Source of the DNA: Mustelus asterias
Lineage: Eukaryota
DNA length: 64,000 nucleotides
Assembly (NCBI RefSeq): GCF_964213995.1
Contig: NW_027590175.1
Location: 744,001-808,000 of the forward strand
Direction of reading: 5' to 3'
Below are positions 1 through 12,990 of the stretch, piece after piece. The position numbers and the translations under genes were made by a program. Below the pieces are notes generated by a model. That model worked only from the letters and a program-made list of their open reading frames with translations, had not been told where the DNA came from and made no database searches. Position 1 is the stretch's first letter; each line of letters begins with the position of its first letter.

Positions 1-1578
1 TCCACGCTGCAAGTTCACCCACTTTATTGCGAATACTCCTGGCATTGAAGTATACACATTTCAAACCCTGCTCCACCCCACCTCTGCAATGCCGTGCATT
101 GCAGTCCCCATCCATGCATCCCTCACTTTCAGCCCCACTACTCAGGATCCCTCCCCCCCCCCCCGAATCAGTTTAAACCTCCCTGCATGGCCTTAGCAAA
201 TTTACCCCCCAGGATATTGGTCCCCTTCTGATTAAGGTGTAGACCATCCTTCTCATAGAGGTCACACCTTCCCCAGTACGAGCCCCAATTGCTTAAGTAC
301 CTGAACCCCTCCCTCCTGCACCATCCCCTCAGCCATGAATTCAAACCTTCCCTCTCCCTATTCCTCTCTAAACTATCCCGTGGAACAGGCAAGAGTCCAG
401 AGATAACCACTCTGTCAGTCTTGGCCTTTAGTTTCCACCCCAACTCCATAAATCCCTGCCTAATATCCCCTTCCCCTATCCTCCCTATGTCGTGTGTCCC
501 CACATGTACAATAACTTGTGGTTTATCTCCCTCCCCCCTAAGAGTCCTGAATACCCTGTCAGACACATCCCGGACCCCAGCCCCTGGTAGGCAACAGACC
601 AACCCTGAGTCCCTACCTTTAGTTCCGACCCTCCTATCTGTCCCCTTAATTGTGGAGTCCCCAATCACAAGGCCCAGTCTTTTACAGCCCCTAACCACCT
701 GAGCTTTCTCACTCGGCTCACCCCCAGAGATCTGCTCTCTATGCTCAGTTGATTCCTCCTCAACTGTAGCCTCCAGCACCGAAAACCTATTATGGAGGGG
801 AACCGCCCCAGGGGATTGTCTTCCCGATTGCTTCTTACCCCTCCTCCTGGCATTGACCCAAGCCTCATTTCTAGGAGTTACTATTTCTCTATAACTCCTA
901 TCAACTTCCACCTCCGCCTCCCGAATTATGCGGAGTTCCTCTACCTCCCCCTCCAGCTCCTTTACACGCTCCTCCAGAAGCTGCAATCTAATGCACTTCT
1001 TACAACTAAAATCTCCTGAAACACTACTGGATTTCCTCACCACATACATCCCACAGGAGATGCAGCATACTGCCTGAACTGCCATCCCTGAAGCCATTAC
1101 CAGCAAGAAAAAAAGAAAACAAAAAACTTCCCCACACTTATAATTAGGTTAGAGGAGGATGGAAGGGTGGGATCCTCTACCAGTGTAGAGGATCGGGTAT
1201 CTCCTCTGCACCAATTTATAGGGCTAGGGGCCCGAGAGAAAAAAAAAACTACTACTGAGGGGGAACCTCCCAGGTAACTGACTTTTAAAGTTAAAATAAA
1301 AACCCTTCCCAGACTCCTTTGCTGCCCACTTCTAGTTTTCACTTTAAACTTGAAAAACTGCTGTTAAAGTAAAGGCCAAAAAAATACACACACTAGCTGA
1401 CTAATTAAATAAATAAACAATTCAATTAATCCAATTAATCTCTTACCAGCACTGCTGCTTTTCAATCACCCCTCTCAGCTTGCTCCAGTGGATCAATGAG
1501 GGGGAACCTCCCAGGTAACTGACTTTTAAAGTTAAAATAAAAACCCTTCCCAGACTCCTTTGCTGCCCACTTCTAGTT
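1..1578 (-). mobile_element. CR1-type LINE, 5' part (5'UTR, ORF1, start of ORF2), continuing off the left edge
   Basis: Intact ORF1 (168-1106). Downstream on - strand reads GLKCVYFNARSIRNKVGELAAW, the start of an APE endonuclease. The 5'UTR has an 82-bp exact direct repeat (1256-1337 = 1497-1578). Confidence 0.9.
168..1106 (-). CDS. CR1 ORF1p (N-terminal Cys zinc finger, coiled coil, SGNH/GDSL esterase)
   Basis: CISC...CKKC, heptad LEERVKELEGEVEEL, IGDS, HVGT, DGLHLN esterase motifs. Confidence 0.9.
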   Translation of the reverse strand: MLVMASGMAVQAVCCISCGMYVVRKSSSVSGDFSCKKCIRLQLLEERVKELEGEVEELRIIREAEVEVDRSYREIVTPRNEAWVNARRRGKKQSGRQSPGAVPLHNRFSVLEATVEEESTEHREQISGGEPSEKAQVVRGCKRLGLVIGDSTIKGTDRRVGTKGRDSGLVCCLPGAGVRDVSDRVFRTLRGEGDKPQVIVHVGTHDIGRIGEGDIRQGFMELGWKLKAKTDRVVISGLLPVPRDSLERNREREGLNSWLRGWCRREGFRYLSNWGSYWGRCDLYEKDGLHLNQKGTNILGGKFAKAMQGGLN

Positions 1579-3101
1579 GACGAAGGTAAAGATAAGTACA
1601 TAGGGCATATAAAGCAGATATTTTCCAGAGTCAATCTTCCATTAAAAACACAACATTGTGCTTCAGGATAATCCGGATCTTCAAACAGATGAATGTTTTC
1701 AGATGTGTCACTGGCAATGATGTATATATATCTGTAGTTGTTGCAGTGTCCTCTGGCGGCTTTTTTCCCCGGTCGTGTTGTGCTTTTGAATCATGCAACT
1801 CCTGTGGAGCGCATCCTATCTTCCATTAAGAAAGAGAAGATGATAAATGTTCACAAAATTGGTATTTATTTTCACCAATTGCCATCCATTCACAAAGTTG
1901 CATAATTTTGTTCACCAGTTACCAACCATTCATAGACATTAATATATTTACGTTTTAATTTAAGTGATGTGATCGTTGCTGGCCAGGTCAAAATTTGTTG
2001 CCTATCCCTAATTCCCCTTAGTAAGCTGGTGGTGAGCTACCTTCGTGAATCGCTGCGAAGCCTGTGGCGTATGTACTCACACAGTGCTGTTACAGAGGGT
2101 GTTCCAGGATTTCAATCGAGCGACAGTGACGGAAGGGCGATATTTTTCCAAGTCAGTTATATGACTGACTTGGAGTGGAATTTACAGGTGATATTCCCAG
2201 GTAACTCCTACCCCTGTTCTTCCAAATGGTAACAGTCCTGTGGTTGGAAGGTGTTGCATAATGAGTCTTGGTGAGTTCCTGAAGTGAAACTTGGAGATGA
2301 TGTACAATGCTGCTGTTCTTTGTCGGTGGTGGAGGGAGTGAGTATTTGCAAATGCTATGCCAGTCAAGCCGCCTGCTTTGTCCTGAATGCTATAAAGCTT
2401 CTTGAATGTTGTTTGAGCTGCACTCATTCAAGCAAGTGGAGAGAACTCTATTACACTCCTGAGTTGTTGTTTTGTAGGTGGTGGACAGGTTTGGGGAGTC
2501 AGGAGGTTAGTTAGTCACAGCAAGCTGAGCTGATATTCCAGCCGGAGCATTTAAACATCCAGTTAATTCAGCGATTAGCCAATGGTAACCCCGACGATGT
2601 TTATAGTGGGTGCTTCAGTATCGTATCATCATTGAATGACAAGGAGCAATGGGTAGATTCTCTCTTTTTGGAGATGGTCATTGCCTGGCGCTCATATTAC
2701 TAATAATCGCCAAATCACAAAAATAAATAAATATTTCACAAATTATTTTCAGCATTTTATTTGGTACAAATATAGTTGCAGTTTATTTATTGTAGTTTAT
2801 TGAGATTCAAATTTATTGAGGTCACTTTGGCCTTTCTGTCACCAAAGAATCAAATCTGTCCCAGAATTCACTGGGAAGTTGAATTGAATCAGACCGAGGA
2901 CAATGAGCAGCTACCCAGCAGCCTCTGCGCTTTATTGACACGTAATCAGCTCATCATCACACATAAACCCCTGATATATAACTGGAGTGTGTAACCATTT
3001 TTAAAGTGACTGTATCACTGAAAGTACCTGTATCTAATGTTATATATAATTTATAATATCTAATATGACGTTATAGAATCTTAAGATCCAGATTAATTAT
3101 T

Positions 3102-3427
3102 CATAGAACAAAGAATCTACAGTGCAGAATGAGACCATTGGGCCCATCGAGTCTGGAGCGACCTCAATCCTATCCAGGCCCTATTCCCGTGACCCCTCAT
3201 ATTAACCCCACTAATGCCCCTGACACAAGGGTTAATTCAGCATGGCCAATCAACCTGAACTGCATATGTTCGGACTGCAGGAGGATACTAGAATACCCGG
3301 AGGAAAGCCACACAGACAAGGAGAGAAACTGCAAAGTCCACAAAGACAGTGACCTGAGGACGGAATTGAACCCGGGTCCCTGGCGTTGTGAGGCAGCAGG
3401 GCTAACCAATATGACACCGTGCCGCCC
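3102..3427 (-). mobile_element. HE1-like tRNA-derived SINE
   Basis: Reverse complement begins gggcggcacggtgtc...gggttcaattcc (A/B boxes) and ends in a CR1-like tail. Confidence 0.85.
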
Positions 3428-3649
3428 TTGCACACTTACACAGTACTGGAAAGTCATTTACCACTTGGATCTGTCCAGTGAGTTTCACAACATTTCAATT
3501 GCCTCATTAGTTTTTTAGCCTGTTACCTTCGCTAATTTAGGTGATGATATGTTGAGTGATTTATTGCACTAGAAAGGGCCATATGTTACAAACATTACAA
3601 TCCTCCCCCTCAACCTAATCCCTCTTTCCATCTTGGATTTGAAGATTTT

Positions 3650-4224
3650 GAAGACATCAGTGAGACTACACTTGGAATGCTGTGTACAGTTCTGGTCACC
3701 CTATTATAGAACGGATATTATTAAACTAGAAAGAATGCAGAAAAGTTTTACTAGAATGCTACGAGGCCTTGATGGTTTGAGTTGTAGGGAGAGACTGGAT
3801 AGACTGGGACTTTTTCTCCGGAGCGTAGGAGGCTTGGGGGGATCTTACAGATGTCTATAAAATAATGAGGTGCATAGATCAGCTCGATAGTCAATATATT
3901 TTCCCAATGGTAGAGGAGTCTAAAACGAGAGGGCATAGGTTTAAGATGAGAGTGGAGAGATACAAAATGGTTCAGAGGGGATATTGTTTCACACAGAGTG
4001 TGGCAAGTGTCTGGAACAGGCTGCCAGAGGTAGTGGTAGAGGCGGGTATAATTTTGTCATTTAAAAGGGGTTTAGACAGTTACATGGGTAGGATGGGTAC
4101 AGAGGGTTATGGGCCAAATGCGGGAAATTGGGACAAGCTTAACGGTTAATAAAAAGGGCGGTATGGACAAGTAGGGCCGAAATGCTTGTGTCCATGCTCT
4201 CAACCTCTATGACTCTATGACTCT
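3650..4224 (+). mobile_element. CR1 LINE 3' fragment
   Basis: VRLHLECCVQFWSP and TRGHRFK peptides, (ctctatga) tail; absent from the paralogous site at ~23180. Confidence 0.9.
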
Positions 4225-4334
4225 AGTCACCATCAGCAGATGGAAAAAAAAATCAGACTGCTCTTAGTTCATTTGTTCCCGATATCTCGGGGATTGGATT
4301 CACGGAGAAAATCTGGAAGGACTAAAGGTTGTCG

Positions 4335-6348
4335 CACAGCATAAAGGTCAAGCACAGCATTAAAGCAAAAGTTAAAGCATACAAAGCGGCAAAGATTAGT
4401 GGGAAGCCAGAGGATTGGGACGCATTTAAAAGCGAGCAGAGGACAAGTAAAAAAGCAATAAGGGGGGAGAAGATGAAATATGAGTGTCAGCCAGCTAGTA
4501 ATATAAAATAAGACATGGAGAGTTCTTTTCAATATAAAAAAAGGTAAGAAAGACGCAAAAATTGACATTGGACCACTGGAAAATTAGACTGGAGAAGTAA
4601 TAATAGGAAACAAAGCAATGGCAGAGGAACTGAATAGTTACTTTATATCAGTCTTCACGGTGGAAGACACCAGTGGAATGCCAGTGCTCCAGGAGAGTCC
4701 AGGGGCACAGGTGACTGTAGTGGCCATCACTAAGGAGAAGGTTCTGGGGAAATTGAAAGGTCTGAAGGTGGATAAATCACCTGGACCGGAAGGACTACAC
4801 CGCAGGGTTCTAAAAGAGATAACTGAGAAAATTGTGGAAGCATTGGTGGTGGTCTTTCAGAAATCACTGGAGGCAGGGACTGTACCAGAGGACTGGAAAG
4901 TAGTGAATGCAACACCACTGTTTAAGATGGGAGGGAGGCAGCAGACGAGAAATTGTAGGCCGGTTAGCCTGACTTCGGTCATTGGCAAGACTTTAAATTC
5001 CATTATTAAAGATGAGACCGCAGAGTACATGGAAGTGCATGATAAAGTAGGACTGAGTCAGCACAGTTTTCTGAAGGGGAGGTAATATCTGACACATCTG
5101 TTAGAGTTATTTGAGGAGGTAGCAAGGAAGTTAGATAAATGAGAGCCAGTGGACATGATTTATTTAGATTTCCAGAAGGCCTTTGACAAGGTGCCGAAAA
5201 AGAGACTGTTAAATAAGTTAAGTGCACATGGTGTTAAGGGTAAGATCCTGTCATGGATAGAGGATTGGTTGATTAGCAGAAGGCAGAGAGTGGGAATAAA
5301 GGGGTCTTTCTCAGGATGGCAGCTGGTGACTAGTGGTGTGCCTCAGGGGTCAGTGCCTGGGCCACAACTTTTCACAGCATGCATTAACGATTTGGAGGAA
5401 GAAACTGAAGGCACTGTTGCTAAGGTTGCAGATGATACAAAGATATGTGGAGGGACAGGTGGTATTGAGGAAGCAGGGGGGCTGCAGAAGGGCTTGGACA
5501 GGTTAGCAGAGTCGGCAAAGATGTGGCAGCTGGAATACAATTTGGAAAAGTGTGAGGTTATGCTCTTGGAAGGAGGAATGGAGGCATAGACTATTTTCTA
5601 AATGGGAAAATGCTGAGGAAATCAAAAATACGAAGGGACTTGGGAGTCATTGTTCAAGATTCTCATAAGGTTAAAGTGCAGGTTCAGGAAGGCAAATGCA
5701 ATGTTAGCATTCATGTCGAGAGGGCCAGAATGCAAGAGCAGGGATGTACTTCTGAGGCTGTACAAGGCTCTGGTCAGACCCAATTGGAGTATTGTGAGCA
5801 GTTTTGGGCCCCATATCTAAGGAAGGATGTGCTGGCCATGGAAAGGGTCCAGTGGTTGTTCACAAGAATGATTCCTGGAATGAAGACTTGCTGTATGAGG
5901 AACGGTTGAGTCCTCTGGATCTGTACTCGTTGGAGTTTTGAAAGATGAGGGGAGATCTTATTGAATCTTTCAGGATACTGCGAGGCCTGGATAGAGTGGG
6001 CGTGGAGAGGATGTTTCAACTCGTAGGAAAAACTGGAACCAGAGGGCACAACCTCAGACTAAAGGGACGATCGTTTAAAACAGAGCTGAGGAGGAATTTC
6101 TTCAGCCAGAGTGTGGTGGATCTGTGGATCTCTTGCCGTAGGAGGTTGGAGGCCAGGTCATTGGGTGTTTTTAAGACAGAGATAGATGGGTTTGTGATTA
6201 ACAAGAGGATCAGTGGTTATGGGGAAAAGGCAAGAGAATATGGGTGAGAAAAATATCAGCCATCATTGAATGGCGGGAGCAGACTCGATGGACCGAGTAG
6301 CCTCATTCTGCTCCTATTTCTTATGTCTTATGGTCTTATGGTCTTATA
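4335..6348 (+). mobile_element. CR1 LINE, 5'-truncated, decayed RT
   Basis: KSPGPEG, YLDFQKAFDKV, GVPQGS, ADDTK peptides; (cttatggt) tail; empty site at ~23295. Confidence 0.92.
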
Positions 6349-8162
6349 TACTGACACACTTGGAATAAAGGACCTGCTTCGATTTTTGAAGTAGTAAATC
6401 ACAAATATGCGTTTGTAGAACAGCAAAATTTAGGACCAGCTATCGTCGCATCCATCTGTCCACTCACTGATTTCTCAAGCAAAACATTCAGGCATCCAAC
6501 TATCGTTCATCCCTGCATCAACGCAAGCATTCCTTTATTGTTGGGTAGATGGTGGCGTAACATTAATGCCAGTGTACCAGTAATCCAGAAGCCCAGGCCA
6601 ATGATGTGGAGACACGAGATTAAATCCGACCCTGGCAGCTGGTGGAATTTGAATTCAATCAATAAATCTGGAATACATACTGACAGCGACCAGATAAACC
6701 TCTCTGATTCCCCAATGAAGGAAATCTGCCATCCCTACCTGGTCTCATCAGGATGTGACTGCAGACGGACAGCAATATAACTAACTGGGCAATGCCTTCT
6801 GAGATGCCCTAGCTTACCACTTAGTTCAAAAGAAATTAGGCTACGGGAATAAATGTTGGCATTTCCAGAGATTCTCATGTCCCATGGAAGAATGAAGTGA
6901 AAGAAAACACAAGCATACATGTTTATCTAGTATAAAATATATCACCTCTCTGAATCAACTCTCATAATCTGCCGGTATTTTTTTTATATCCATCCATCAA
7001 TGTTTTGTTGTTTTGGAGAGATCATTATTGTTGCTAACAAGGTGCCAGAGAAGCTGAATACTTTCTTTTCCGAAGAAATGGGAAACATTCATAGATGTTT
7101 GCAACTTAAAAATAATTAAATTGCCTCCAGTACTGTTGCTGGGTAGATTTGTTTATAAATAGGCCTCATTGACAATGCTGAGAGTTTGAAGTTGGCTTGC
7201 AGCCAAGTGTTCAGTACTGAGGAAACAGGTTTTTGATTTACCGAACAAACACCCTCAGATGCTTCCTGTAAATATTTTTGGGTATTTGGCAGCAGCCTGG
7301 ACAGTTGCCAAATGCTGCGTCGGACAGATTAACGTGAATCTGTAAGGATAACATGGGACTTCGTCAGTTATACAATAAATGTTTTATTCCCAAAAGGAAG
7401 GCACATTTTAAATGTTTTTTCTTCGAAGCAAATATTTTATATGAATGCACTGTCCATTATGTGATTAAAAAGTATCGGAAACTAGTCAATTGACTTGATG
7501 CTATTTCATTTGTATAGCTTCCAAAGAAATGTCCTTCCAACAATTAAAGCCTCTTTATGAACAACGTATGCTGATGTCCCCAATCCCTCCGTCTCATGAG
7601 ATCAGTGTAAAGGCACAAAAATGAAAATAATTAAAACTAAAAGAAAATCATATATCTGCCTTGAACAGCGGGGACTTGGGCATATTCTCAATGTTCTGCA
7701 CCTCATTAAAAACTTATATCTGATGTATAACGTGTTCTGTTGTCCAGCATAATCTGATTTCAATTATTTAACAGTCCCTCTCATAACTGCCAATGAGTGA
7801 AGAAATGACCAGTTCATAACCTGGTTCAGTGAAAGATAAAGTATTTATTCTTGTGATATTGTGCATTATGCCGCAAAGTCCTGATATCCTGTGTTCCCAA
7901 TACCAGCTGCTCGCCAATACAATGATCTGTCATGATTTGGATGCTGAAGGAGAACTTTCCTGATTGCCGTGTTCCGTTCTAATTCATTAGCTTCTTTGTC
8001 AAAAGTCAATGTCAATTTTATGTTTCTCTGTCAACTCAATGCTTAATTATAAGTCAAGAAGTTTTCTTTCACCGTTAATTTTCACAGGGTTAAGGAACTG
8101 TTGGGGAAATATAAGGTGTAACATTGTTTCAGATAAGGAGTTTATTTTGTTAATTTATTAGT

Positions 8163-8410
8163 GGGCGGCACGGTAGCACAGTGGTTACCATTGCTACTTT
8201 ACAGCATCAAGGACTGATGGTTCAATTCCCGGAATGGGTCTCTGTCTGTGTGTAGTCTGCACATTCTCCAAGGATATGCCATTTAGGTTGTTTGGCGATG
8301 CTGAATTGTCCCATAGAATCAAGTGAATTCGCAGGGATGGGAATAGGGCCTGGGGAAGAGCGTTGTCAGTGCAGGCCCGATATGCTCCTTCTGCACTGCA
8401 GGGATTCTAT
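8163..8410 (+). mobile_element. HE1-like SINE
   Basis: gggcggcacggtagcacagtggtta...ggttcaattcc; corresponding copy at 25144-25455. Confidence 0.85.
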
Positions 8411-9157
8411 GGACATGGGTGCCGCTGGCTGATCAGCATTTATTGCCCACCCATTGTCGAGGGCAGTTGAGAGCTAAACACATTGCTGTGGCTCTGTAAT
8501 CACATGTAGGCTAGATGAGGTAAGGACGGCATATTTCCTGCTCTAAATGACATTAATGAACCAGATAGGTTTTTACACAATCGACAATGATATCATGGTC
8601 ATAAGTAGATTCTTAATTCCAGACGTTTTTACTGAACTTAAATTCCACCATCTGCCGTGGCGTGATTCGAAGCCTGGTCCTGAGAACATTAGTTGAGTTT
8701 GTGGATTAATTGTCTCGCGATAATAACGCTGGGTCACTGCTTCCCTTCTTCTTATATCCAGTCCCAAATTACAGTGATAGCTATCCACACCTGAAACACA
8801 ATCATCCCAGCATTAAGTTACATAAATCGATATTAATTCTTCTAATGAATCATATTTCGCTGTAATGTGTCAGAGACACAGAATTATTACAAATCAGACT
8901 GACGGCTTTACCCTGATAATGTAATGTCATCTGTTTATGTCCATTCCCTTGTGAAGAGGTGCAGAAATAAAGGCACTTAATTTACACTGAAATTGTTTCT
9001 TTTCTGGAACAGATGCTCAAATGCAATTTCACTCTTGGACTAGCAGAGACATGACAATGGATCTCACTGTCAATCCCTCGGTGTTAGTCTGTCTCTGGAA
9101 TGTTCCATTGTCCGCAATCAATTCACCAGGAATAATCCTTGGTGTTTTTGATACATT

Positions 9158-9465
9158 TTATTTGATTTCATTTGACTTATTATTATCGCATATATTACTA
9201 CACAGTGCAAATTATTGTTTCTTGCGCACTATGCAGTCAGAGCATAACGTATATAGGGAAGGAAGGGAGAGAGTGAATAATGTAATTTTGCACTCATAGC
9301 TGGGGTGTAGAGAAAGCTGAACTTAATGCGACGTAGGTCCATTCAAACGCCTTATTGCAGCAGGAAATACATTGTTTTTGAGTCGGTTTATACGTGCCCT
9401 CAGACTTTTGTATCTTGATCCCGATGGAAAAAGGTGACAGAGTATGTCTGGAGTGCGTGGCGTTT
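9158..9465 (-). mobile_element. Rex1/Babar-like LINE 3' end inserted in the pseudo-VH intron
   Basis: Reverse complement matches the + strand element at 62083-62470; same insertion present at 26190-26510. Confidence 0.6.
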
Positions 9466-9496
9466 TATTTTCATCGGCTTTTAGATATTTTTACAA

Positions 9497-10012
9497 GTGT
9501 GGAATCGGAGGTTGTGCTGAGTCAGCGAGAGGCAGAAACTGGGCGTCCCTGAAACTCTTTGAGACTGACTGCAAAGCCAACGCGTCCAATATTAGCAGTA
9601 TCTGGATGTTCCGGGTCCGACAGGTCCCTGAACAGTGTTTACAGTGTCTTCTTCAGTACGATAGTCTCGGGTCAACCTACAATTCCTCCCCCCCAGGGAT
9701 TCAGAATCAATTTACTCCGCCCAAATGCACTTCAAACAACGGAAAGAGAAAATGCTGGAAAATCTCAGCAAGTCTGACAGCACCTGTAAGGAGAGGGAAG
9801 AACTGACTTTTCGATTCCAGATTACCCTTTGTCAAAACATTCGAAATGTCAGCTATTTTCTCTCCTCACAGATATTGCCAGGCCTGCTGAGATTTCCAGC
9901 ATTTTCTCTTTTGGTTTCAATTGCAGAATCCGCAGTAATTTGCTTTTATACTTCAAACGACATCTTCTCTTTGGAAATAACTGAAAACCGAAGATTTCTA
10001 TCTTTACCCTGT
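9497..10012 (+). pseudogene. IGHV: IgM-type VH pseudogene 1 (no leader, mutated acceptor, TGA at 9550-9552, frameshift, insertion, no RSS)
   Basis: EVVLSQREAETGRP*NSLRL...WMFRVRQVPEQ...GIQNQFT..KCTSNN / IFSLEI aligns with the functional VH at 37137. Confidence 0.92.
9741..9949. mobile_element. Palindromic Penelope-like short element inserted in pseudo-VH1 FR3
   Basis: Fold-back arms aatgctggaaaatctcagca.../...tgctgagatttccagcatt; 12-bp TSD acttcaaac(a/g)ac at 9729-9740 and 9950-9961. Confidence 0.8.
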
Positions 10013-10698
10013 CTGTCCTACATAGACTCCAATTCTCCTATGATGAAAATGACTCCTAACCACGACTGAAATTGCCGGGCAGGCCAGTCAGTTGTATCAA
10101 AGCTGCTAGGGAAAAACAAATAATAAAATCATCCCGAGGGCAGGTTTCAACAAGGTGGTTCACAACCGCCTTCTCAGCAGGGACAACTAAATGTTGGCTT
10201 TGTCAGTGATGCTCACATCCAGAGGATCAATAACAACAGTGTAAAGTGCTGCCGATTCTGGAAATCTAAAACTAAAGCAACACAAATGCTACTCAGCAGA
10301 TCAGTATGCATCAGCAGAGAGAGAACCAGATTCACATTTAAAATCGATGCCGGGATGCAAAATCTCATTGATATAATTCTAAAGAGCAAGGCTGATCTCC
10401 CCAATATCCTACCTTAATACTGATTCTTCAAACAAAATCACAAATTTACTGGCAATTTATCACATCTCGGTTTGTGGGAGTTTGCTGCAGTACATTACCT
10501 GTTGTATTTGCACCATGATAGCAGTGACTAAATTCAGCAAAGGTACATCAGTAAGTTTTAAGATCTTTGGGACTACATGAAGTCGGGTAAAGTGTTGTAT
10601 AAATGTAAGCTCTACCAAAATGAAAGTTGTAATACTTTGGAAGTGCTAGAGATTAATGCGAATATATTCATTCCTCTGTCTGATCATAGCAGCATAAA

Positions 10699-11150
10699 AT
10701 CATAGAATCCAGTGCAGTAGGAGGCCATTCGATCCCTCAAGTCTGCAGCTGCTCTCCAGCAGAGCATCCTATCTTCACCCTACCCCGACAACCAGACATA
10801 TTCAGCGGCTAATGTCTCTAACCTACACATCGTTGGACACTAAGGGGCAATTTAGAATCGCCAATCCACCTTGGGCCTGGGAATGATGCCCTGCTGGACA
10901 GCTAGTGCAGACTTGATGGACCGAATGGTCTCCTTCTGCACTGTAGGGACTCTGTGATTCTACGTTGCTCATCCTTGGACTCAAAGGAGCAATTTATCAT
11001 ACCAATCCACCTAGCCGTACATCCTTGGACTGTGGAAGGAAACCGGAGCATCGGAGGAAACTCACATGGACATGGTCGAATGTGAAAAACCACACAGTCA
11101 CCCAAGGTTGGAATCGAACCCGCTTCCCTGTCACTGTGAGGCAGCAATGC
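10699..11150. mobile_element. Nested/rearranged HE1-like SINE fragments in both orientations
   Basis: A - strand SINE interrupted by a + strand SINE 3' end (10872-10960). Confidence 0.7.
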
Positions 11151-12039
11151 TACTTGTATCACTTAGTGATAACCACACTGGATTTTTTATTCTCCCCTCG
11201 TGCGAGTCTGATCACTAATTATGACAGGAATATTTCACACACCAGTTCTCTTTGTTTTAACTTGTCTAGTTGAAGCAATTTAGATCATCAATCAAATTAA
11301 CATTCAGTGGAATACCAGCCTGCTCACAGATACTTTATTTATTGTGACATCAGAACTTTCAGAACAAATTCTTAAATAGAATGTATTCATTCATTTAATT
11401 AAATAGCATCTGGTGTAATGTATGTTAAAAAAGATTTCTATTCATTTTGAACCAACTGTTAATATTCTTAAAATAACCGCTATTTTGAGTTGAAACGAAT
11501 GAATAAGTGACGGTTTATCTGTTTTTGCTGCCATGAACATTTCATTGTAAACAGTGAGGTGTTTATGTAAATAAACACAGAAATAGAAATCCCAGATTAG
11601 ATTGTTGACTGACGAAAACACAACAAATATTTCCCCACCAACACAGCACAGAAATAGAGACAAACATGCAAATCGATCAACGGATTCCAGAAATGATTGT
11701 TTTTATACTTTAGTTATTCATCGATTATATGAGGAAAAAAATCATGACAATATCTATGTTCAGAATTAGGAAATAATCCATCTGAACCCGAAATGTGATA
11801 ACACGGCAAATGTGTTCGTGGAAATTCCCTGTGTTTCATCTCTCTCTCTCTCTGTCTTTCTCCTTCTGGTTCTGTGTCTTGTCTCTTCACGATAGTTCAT
11901 CGTCTTCCCTCCACAACCTGAATTCAATGTTGCCCAATGTATTCTCTCAGCCAGAGTTGTAAGGAATGCAGCGCAATGAATTGGAATCCATGAGGGAGAT
12001 TTAATCTAAAAGATCTCTTGAGCATTCTATGATCTTGGG

Positions 12040-12990
12040 ATATTTTATACATTTTCCTCTGTATCTAACCTGTGTTGTACCTCGTAACAAGGATTCGATG
12101 TGGCAGTACCAAATAAATTTTCCCTGTATTTATCCCTGCCCTTGGACTGTTTGACTGGACATTGTAGAGGAATATTTAGTCTGCATCTAAACTCACGTAA
12201 CTGCCCTTTGAATGTTTGATATTACTTGTAAAGGGAGATTTAATCCGTATCTAATCTTTGCTGTACCTGACCTGGGTGTATTTTATGGACTGTGTCGAGG
12301 GATCTTCCCCCTCTACCGAACACCAATTCAAACTTGCCTCCCGATTCTCTGAAGGAAAAATGCAGAAGTGGTTTTACCTAGAAGAGAGTCCCTGGGCGGC
12401 ACGGTAGCACAGTGGTTAACACTGCTGCTTCACAGCTCCAGGGTCCTGGGTTCGATTCCCGGCCCGGGTCACTGTCTGTGTGGAGTTTGCACATTCTCCT
12501 CGTGTCTGCGTGGGTTTCCTCCAGGTGCTCTGGTTTCCTCCCACAGTCCAAAGATGTGCGGGTTAGGTTGATTGGCCAGGTTAAAAAAAAAATTGCCCCT
12601 TCGAGTCCTGGGATGCGTCGGTTCGAGGGATTAGCGGGTAAATTAGCAGGTTAAAAAAAAGGGATTAGCGGGTAGGGCCTGGGTGGGATTGTGGTCGGTG
12701 CAGACTCGATGGGCCGAATGGCCTCCTTCGGCACTGTAGGGTTTCTATGATTCTATGGTCTGTATGCCTTCATTGTGTTTGAGCAGACTTTGTAGAGGGA
12801 GTTCCACTCTTTTTCTGGACAGTCTCCCTTTTCCAGGAATGTTTGATTTTGATAGTGAGAGGGAGGTTCACTTTGTATCAAAATCATGCTATTCCTGAGT
12901 TGGGAGTGTTAAATTTGGCAATGCATGGGGGAACTTTACAGCTAACCCCATGTTACTCTTGTCCTGTGAATTTTTGATGGGGCAGTAGGC
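12040..12990. repeat. Degenerate ~65-bp tandem repeat (tgtatctaac...gctgtacctg...gtgtttgat...tgtagagggag); paralog at 28010-28580
   Basis: Recurrent motifs visible in both duplicated units. Confidence 0.6.
12394..12757 (+). mobile_element. Young full-length HE1-like SINE
   Basis: Nearly identical to 59998-60350; absent from the paralogous site at ~28340. Confidence 0.92.

Larger units (their letters stand above)
1635..8085 (-). pseudogene. Endogenous rhabdovirus-like L gene relic, copy 1 (N-terminal part), interrupted by SINE/LINE insertions
   Basis: Homologous to 20658-25067 and 31400-36290. Decayed peptides such as IQLPSEFWDRFDSLV (~2830-2890). Confidence 0.6.

Noticed and set aside
12394-12470. 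tRNA-like A/B boxes
   Set aside because: SINE heads, not tRNA genes
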